64,000 nucleotides of DNA. Source: an uncultured Gammaproteobacteria bacterium. GTDB taxonomy: Bacteria; Patescibacteriota; Patescibacteriia; Magasanikbacterales; UBA922. The notes below the pieces were generated by a model that worked only from the letters and a program-made list of their open reading frames with translations, was not told the origin of the DNA and searched no databases. Below, piece after piece: positions 58,516 through 64,000 of the stretch. The position numbers and the translations under genes are program-made. Each line of letters begins with the position of its first letter. Position 1 is the first letter of the stretch. The stretch spans positions 231,489 to 295,488 of the forward strand of contig CAZMHV010000002.1 in assembly GCA_964566225.1 (NCBI GenBank). Reading direction: 5' to 3'.

Positions 58516-60425
58516 TAACAAAAATTGGTGTTATTCTTTCGGCTGGTGAAGGAGTACGACTTGATCACCCAAATAGTCCAAAGCCGCTTGTGAAAGTGGG
58601 GAGTAAACCTCTCATTCTTTGGAATATTGAACAAATGCAGCAGGCAGGCCTCGAAAAGATTTACATTGTAGTCGGACACCGAGCTGAGGAAATTCAAAAA
58701 GAGTTAGTAGGTAATCCGGCTATTACGGCATCTATTGAATATATTCATCAGACAGATGCTTCCAAAGAAGGGATGTTATCGTCGATTTTGGCCCTTCAGT
58801 CAGTCATTGATGGACCATTTTTTCTGGGCATGGCTGATTTGATTATAGGAGAAAATCCGTATGAGCTCATGCAAAAGCAAGTACCAAGTTTGAGTGAAGA
58901 TGGAATTTTAAGTTTAATTGGAACCAATTTATCGTATTCAGTTCGTTCAGGTGCATTGTCTCGAGTCAAAATGCAAGGCTCATTGATTACGACTCTTGGG
59001 CGAGAATTAGAATCATACGATGGTTTCGAAGTAGGTATTTATTACTTTGCTGATAAGTCATTGGCTTTATTAAATGAACTTGCAGAGCCATTACCTCAGC
59101 CACGACGTTTTGACGAAGTACTCCAAAAAGTAGCTTCGTATAAAAAATTGCAGGTGGTTCCTCTTGAAGAGTCTGAATGGTTTGATGTAAATACTCCGGC
59201 TATTCTTATCCGTGCGAATATTTTTTTTCGTAGTCATGATCAAAAAAATACTCAAGTAGTACGTGATAAAGGACTTCATGAACCAGTACTTTTTTCTCAA
59301 TTCAGTCGTGGTAAAGTCATGACTTCTCAAATTTGTATTGAAAAAGGAATGGTGAAAAAATTGGATGCCTTTCGTATTATTCCTGCATCATCGTTCGCTT
59401 CACCACATGTGCTGCTTACTGATTCTCTGGTTGATCCACATTATGGGGATAAAGTACTTGAGGGGTTGCGCTTTGGTGGACTTAATATAAGAAAAATTGT
59501 AGTCGAGGCAGGCGAATCAACCAAAAATATTACGGAATATTCTCGCATTGCAGATGAAATCTTTGCTGGGGGTATTGATAAACGATCATACCTTATCAGT
59601 CTTGGTGGAGGAGTCATAAATAATATTGCTGGATTTTTAGCATCTACGCTCTATCGGGGCATTGGTCTTATCCATATTCCTACATCCATGATGGCGCAGG
59701 TAGATGCAGCTATTGATTTTAAGCAAGCAGTAAACTCCTCTCATGGAAAAAATTTGTTTGGAAGTTATTATCCCGCTCGTTCAATTCTTATTGACCCAGA
59801 AGTGTTGTCTACGCTTGATCGTCGTCATGTGGTGAATGGTATTTCTGAATCTATTAAACATGCGTTGGTGCAAGATCATGAATTTTTTGACTACCTTATG
59901 AAATATCAAGGAGATTTGCATGATATCAATTTTCTTGATTATGTGGTGCGTCATTCGATTGAACTTAAAGTACCACTTTTGAATGGGAGTGTTGACGACG
60001 ATTATAATGAAATGCTGCCGCAGTATGGTCACAGTATTGGTCATGCTATTGAACATCTGTCTGCATACGAATTTTTGCACGGTGAATCTATTGCTATTGG
60101 TATGTGTATTAGTGCGGAGATTGCTCACATTTTGGGAATTTGTAATAAAGATGTGGTGGATGCTCACTATGCGGTGTTTCAAAAATATGAATTGCCAACC
60201 GTGGTACCTACGGAAATGTCAGTTGAAGATATTGTGGCGACCATCCGTTATGACAAGCACTATATGCTTGGAAATCCAGAAATGGCACTACCACAAGAAA
60301 TTGGTATTCCGTGGCAAGAAAAAGGTGTGTATGGAATTCCAATTGATTATGAAATTTTGGAACGTGGTATTAAAAAAAATAAAGTGCGAAATGGAAACGG
60401 GCAAAATGAAACAACACTTATATAA
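58512..60425 (+). CDS. Fusion: nucleotidylyltransferase + sugar-phosphate cyclase (2-deoxy-scyllo-inosose-synthase-like)
   Basis: N-term LSAGEGVRL...PKPL, WFDVNT; C-term GESTK, LGGGV, YRGI, KQAVN..GKNLFGSYY, ESIKH, YGHSIGHAIE, HGESIAIG. Confidence 0.8.
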   Translation: MITKIGVILSAGEGVRLDHPNSPKPLVKVGSKPLILWNIEQMQQAGLEKIYIVVGHRAEEIQKELVGNPAITASIEYIHQTDASKEGMLSSILALQSVIDGPFFLGMADLIIGENPYELMQKQVPSLSEDGILSLIGTNLSYSVRSGALSRVKMQGSLITTLGRELESYDGFEVGIYYFADKSLALLNELAEPLPQPRRFDEVLQKVASYKKLQVVPLEESEWFDVNTPAILIRANIFFRSHDQKNTQVVRDKGLHEPVLFSQFSRGKVMTSQICIEKGMVKKLDAFRIIPASSFASPHVLLTDSLVDPHYGDKVLEGLRFGGLNIRKIVVEAGESTKNITEYSRIADEIFAGGIDKRSYLISLGGGVINNIAGFLASTLYRGIGLIHIPTSMMAQVDAAIDFKQAVNSSHGKNLFGSYYPARSILIDPEVLSTLDRRHVVNGISESIKHALVQDHEFFDYLMKYQGDLHDINFLDYVVRHSIELKVPLLNGSVDDDYNEMLPQYGHSIGHAIEHLSAYEFLHGESIAIGMCISAEIAHILGICNKDVVDAHYAVFQKYELPTVVPTEMSVEDIVATIRYDKHYMLGNPEMALPQEIGIPWQEKGVYGIPIDYEILERGIKKNKVRNGNGQNETTLI

Positions 60426-60428
60426 TAT

Positions 60429-61175
60429 ATGAAGAAAAAAATTCTTGTTACTGGCGCGAGCCGTGGCATTGGCAAAGCAATTACCGAAGTGCTCTTAAAA
60501 AAAGGGTATGCCGTGCATATGGTGGCAAAAGATGAGCCTGAGTTGAAACAAGCCTGTGAATATATGTCTACTTTTGGTGATTGCTCTTTTACTGCGGTTG
60601 ATTTGGGAAGTTGTGAAGCTATTGCGCAATTTGTTGGTGATTGGGAAGAATTGTTGTATGGCATTGTAAACAATGCGGGTATTTGTAAAACTGAACGACT
60701 TGATGAAGAAAAAAATGTGTGGGACGAAGTGTTGGCCGTCAACTTGAATGGGCCTTATTTACTTACCAAAGGACTAATGAGTAGGCTTGAAAATAATGGT
60801 CGCATTGTAAATATCTCTTCACAGCTTGGCAAAGAAGGGCGTGCCGGATACAGTGCCTACTGTGCTTCCAAGTTTGGCTTGATTGGACTCACAAAATGTT
60901 GGGCCAAGGAGCTTGGTGACAAAGGAATTACTGTGAATGCCGTGTGCCCAGGTTGGGTAGCGACTGATATGGCCATGAAAGATATGGAACGTTTGGCACA
61001 GGAGAAAGGAATTTCAATCGAAGAGTATTATAAAGAAATTTGTGCGCCACTTGAACTCAAGCGATTTACCACACCTGAAGAAGTCGCATACCTGGTGGCC
61101 TTTTTGGTGTCAGAAGAGGCAAGTGGAATAACGGGCAGAGACATGCTTATGAATACCATTTGGAATCAGGAATAA
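60429..61175 (+). CDS. Short-chain dehydrogenase/reductase
   Basis: TGASRGIG, NNAG, YCASK, NAVCPG. Confidence 0.92.
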   Translation: MKKKILVTGASRGIGKAITEVLLKKGYAVHMVAKDEPELKQACEYMSTFGDCSFTAVDLGSCEAIAQFVGDWEELLYGIVNNAGICKTERLDEEKNVWDEVLAVNLNGPYLLTKGLMSRLENNGRIVNISSQLGKEGRAGYSAYCASKFGLIGLTKCWAKELGDKGITVNAVCPGWVATDMAMKDMERLAQEKGISIEEYYKEICAPLELKRFTTPEEVAYLVAFLVSEEASGITGRDMLMNTIWNQE

Positions 61176-61176
61176 T

Positions 61177-62106
61177 ATGGAATCTGTTATTTTACAATAT
61201 ATTACACAGTCATATAATAAGGAAATTATTTCTTGCACTCATATAAAAACAGGTGTCATAAATTCCAATTATTTGTGCCAGACAGCCAGTGGAGAAGAAT
61301 ATATTTTTAAACTCTATAATTTTAAAAATGCAGACGAACTTCAGTTTGAAATTGATATTCTTCTTCACTTGGAACAAAAAAATTTTCCATGTCCACGACT
61401 CATTCAAAAAAATGATGAAAAGCTTGTTGGAGAAGTAGAAAATAAACCTTGTGTGCTCTATAAATATATTCCAGGAGAATTACAAAGTACTGTTGACGAA
61501 ACATTTTTGTTTGAAGTAGGAAAAGTATTGGGGCAGTTGCATGTGAGTATGCAAGATTTTACTCCACAGGTGCAAAAAAGTAGTTGGGATCCACACGATA
61601 TTGCTGAACTGGTAGAAAAAAGAGGCAACGAATTGGTGGAACGCAATTTCCTAGAGGCGGCAGAGTTACTTTCATTTGTGCGTGTAGAGCTCCAAAAGTA
61701 TTCTTTTCCTGATCTCCCAAAAGGCATCACACATCAAGATGTAAAGCTCGAAAATATTGTGGTACAGAATGGAAATATCCAAGCCCTTATTGACTTTGAT
61801 AATAGTTATTATGGCGCACTTATTCACGATCTTACTACGAGTATTATTTGGATGTGTGTAAAGAATGAAAAAATTTCGCCAGTATGGGTAGCCGCACTCC
61901 TCAAAGGCTATGAAAGTATACGTCCGCTCACTCTCACAGAAAAAGAAGTACTGCATCAAGCCATTGCTTGGAGACTGGTACGAGAGATTTTTGTTGGGCC
62001 ATTGGTGACATTGAATTATCCAGATATTGTAAAACAACGTTCAGATTCATTTAAAAAAATATATTTACATTTTATTCATTCAGAATCAAAAACCTATGGC
62101 ATCTAA
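61177..62106 (+). CDS. APH/homoserine-kinase-type phosphotransferase
   Basis: GVINSNY, HQDVKLEN, LIDFD. Confidence 0.85.
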   Translation: MESVILQYITQSYNKEIISCTHIKTGVINSNYLCQTASGEEYIFKLYNFKNADELQFEIDILLHLEQKNFPCPRLIQKNDEKLVGEVENKPCVLYKYIPGELQSTVDETFLFEVGKVLGQLHVSMQDFTPQVQKSSWDPHDIAELVEKRGNELVERNFLEAAELLSFVRVELQKYSFPDLPKGITHQDVKLENIVVQNGNIQALIDFDNSYYGALIHDLTTSIIWMCVKNEKISPVWVAALLKGYESIRPLTLTEKEVLHQAIAWRLVREIFVGPLVTLNYPDIVKQRSDSFKKIYLHFIHSESKTYGI

Positions 62107-62818
62107 AACAGGAATGATCCTCGCTGCAGGTATGGGTAAACGACTCGGAGCAATTTCACAAGAAACTCCAAAACCACTTTTGCCTGTGGCAGGTAAGACA
62201 CTCATTGAATACATGATTGACTTTGTCAAAGGTCTTGGCTGTGACCGTGTTATTGTGGTAGGTGGTTACATGTATGAAAAAGTAGAAGCCGTAGTAAAAA
62301 AGTATGATTCAAGTGTAGAAATGGTTAACAATCCACGTTTTGATTTACAAAATCTCGTGAGTTTCAAAGCTGGTCTTGATATGGTAGAGAGTGGAGATTT
62401 ATTTGTGTGTAATGCAGACTATATTTTCCGTCAAGGAACCATAGATGCGGTCAAAGCCAGTATGGAAAAAATGGGAGTGTACTGCAGTTATGATCTCAGT
62501 GGCAATGCGGATGATGTGATGAAAGTACAAACTGATGAAGACAGAAACCTTATTGAAATGTCCAAGCAACTCACTGAATTTAATTCTATTTATACTGGCA
62601 TGTTCTTCTTTCCTGAGGATACCGTTGCTTCGGTAAAATCAACTACCGAAGAACTTTTGGAAACTGTTGACCAAGTAAAAGCGACTGTAGAATACCTTTT
62701 TCCAGCCCTGATGCAAAAAGGACACAACATTCAAGTGGCAGATTGCGGCAAGGCTGATTGGTTTGAGATTGACAATGAAGAAGAGTGGATGATTGCTCGC
62801 AAAGCCCTTGAACAATAA
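62096..62818 (+). CDS. LicC/IPCT-like cytidylyltransferase
   Basis: ILAAGMGKRL..PKPLL, NAD, WFEIDNEE. Confidence 0.8.
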   Translation: MASKTGMILAAGMGKRLGAISQETPKPLLPVAGKTLIEYMIDFVKGLGCDRVIVVGGYMYEKVEAVVKKYDSSVEMVNNPRFDLQNLVSFKAGLDMVESGDLFVCNADYIFRQGTIDAVKASMEKMGVYCSYDLSGNADDVMKVQTDEDRNLIEMSKQLTEFNSIYTGMFFFPEDTVASVKSTTEELLETVDQVKATVEYLFPALMQKGHNIQVADCGKADWFEIDNEEEWMIARKALEQ

Positions 62819-62838
62819 ACATTTTTATTCTTACTTCT

Positions 62839-63723
62839 ATGGAACATATTTCGTGCAACCTCTGTGGTGAAACACAAGATACGCAGCTGTACCAAACCAA
62901 GGACTACCGAGTCGTCCTGTGTTTGAATTGTTCACTGTCTTACCTCAATCCACGCATGACGGCACAGGAATACGAACAACACTATCGTAGTCAGTATCAG
63001 ATTGCTCGGCACCAGATTTCCGAAAAAGAAGCGGCTATTGAAAGACTTCTCAAGAAAAAAGCCTACGAACAAAAAAAACAGCGGGTTTCTTTTTTTGAAG
63101 GTGTGGTCACTCCAGATTCAAAAGTGCTCGAAGTCGGTGCTGGCTGGGGAACTTTTTTGAAAGTGTTTCAAGATACCTTTCACTGCTCGGTAGAAGGAAT
63201 TGAAATTTCTGCCTTGGCAGCAGAGGTGGCTCGTGAATACTATGGGCTTTCCATTGTAGAAAAGCCGTTTGAAGTGTATGTCCAAGAAAATAGTGATCAA
63301 AAACAGTTTGACCTTATTTTAATTCATCATGTATTGGAACATTTTCTTGATCCGAGTAAAGTGTTAAAAAATTTGCACGGACTTTTGTCACCAAACGGAT
63401 CAGTCTATATTGCGGTTCCCAATGTAGCCAATCCCGATGAACTCCTGCCACAATTTTTTCGTATTGAACATACCTATTATTTTACACCCAGGACGCTTAT
63501 CAAAATGATAGAAAAAAATGGATTTGAAGTTGCAAAATTGGTAGTAGGGGAGAATGATATAAAAATTATTATCAAAAAAGGAAACAAAATATATGATGGT
63601 GCTGAAATAGAGATAACCGCTGCACAAATTCAGCGAACTTTACGCTTACGAAAGTATACTGAAGCTGTTAAAAATATTATTCGACCATTATATTATAAGA
63701 TTAAAAATACCATACATCATTAA
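62839..63723 (+). CDS. SAM-dependent methyltransferase with N-terminal Zn-binding motif
   Basis: CNLC...CLNC, VLEVGAGWG, HVLEHFLDP, VPN. Confidence 0.85.
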   Translation: MEHISCNLCGETQDTQLYQTKDYRVVLCLNCSLSYLNPRMTAQEYEQHYRSQYQIARHQISEKEAAIERLLKKKAYEQKKQRVSFFEGVVTPDSKVLEVGAGWGTFLKVFQDTFHCSVEGIEISALAAEVAREYYGLSIVEKPFEVYVQENSDQKQFDLILIHHVLEHFLDPSKVLKNLHGLLSPNGSVYIAVPNVANPDELLPQFFRIEHTYYFTPRTLIKMIEKNGFEVAKLVVGENDIKIIIKKGNKIYDGAEIEITAAQIQRTLRLRKYTEAVKNIIRPLYYKIKNTIHH

Positions 63724-63724
63724 T

Positions 63725-64000
63725 ATGAAAACTGTTTTTATTGTAGTGACAAGAGGGTTCATTATTCGTAATATGCTACGCAGTGGTGTTTTGGCACATT
63801 TACAAAAAGCAGGGGTGCGAGTAGTTATCTTTTTTGCCAATGTAAGAAATAAATCTTTGCCTGAATCTTTGAGACAAGAATTTGAAAATGACTCTACTTT
63901 TGTAGAAGTGCTTTCACCAGATACTGATACAAATACTTTGAAAGAAAAATTATATAGTCTTTTTAAAAATATTGCTCCGTATTTTGTTTACTCGGGTTCA
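63725..64000 (+). CDS. Hypothetical glycan-cluster protein, 3'-truncated
   Basis: ATG 1 nt after previous stop; open to window end (MKTVFIVVTRGFIIRNMLRSG...). Confidence 0.65.
   Translation, partial: MKTVFIVVTRGFIIRNMLRSGVLAHLQKAGVRVVIFFANVRNKSLPESLRQEFENDSTFVEVLSPDTDTNTLKEKLYSLFKNIAPYFVYSGS

Noticed and set aside
58512-60425. aroB (3-dehydroquinate synthase) call
   Set aside because: It lacks the GGKT/N.GHT signature, has DOI-synthase-type KQAVN/YGH, and has no shikimate context.

Overview
Low-GC (about 35-40%) bacterial chromosome segment that looks like Patescibacteria/CPR (Parcubacteria/ABY1-like). This assignment is an inference from the split comEC, a Parcubacteria-type giant surface protein, the ECF sigma/DUF5667-like pair and the lack of Shine-Dalgarno (SD) motifs even on ribosomal-protein genes. 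Layout: GT2/rmlA glycan genes, comEC and DxDxDG-repeat surface proteins (1-9.4 kb); tRNA-Ser, tRNA-Asp, rplT-rpmI-infC-ssrA-smpB (9.4-12.8 kb); membrane genes; an ECF sigma operon; a 1274-aa S-layer-like gene with two O-oligosaccharyltransferase-like genes; and a >24 kb glycosylation cluster ending in a DOI-synthase-like cyclitol-phosphate pathway. The most striking feature is six GC-rich ORFs (10.1-10.5 kb and 16.7-26.1 kb; about 58-68% GC). They encode myxobacteria-like Cys-rich lipoproteins and a predicted outer-membrane beta-barrel protein. All six have an SD-like motif that the native genes checked lack, plus a structured leader and a hairpin-packed trailer, and five have an AT-rich consensus sigma70 promoter. 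Next to one of them is a separately promoted ~100-nt hairpin RNA with an anti-SD loop. One hypothesis is that these transcripts are made by the symbiont but tuned for translation in a high-GC diderm host. All functional calls come from motif recognition only; no searches were run.
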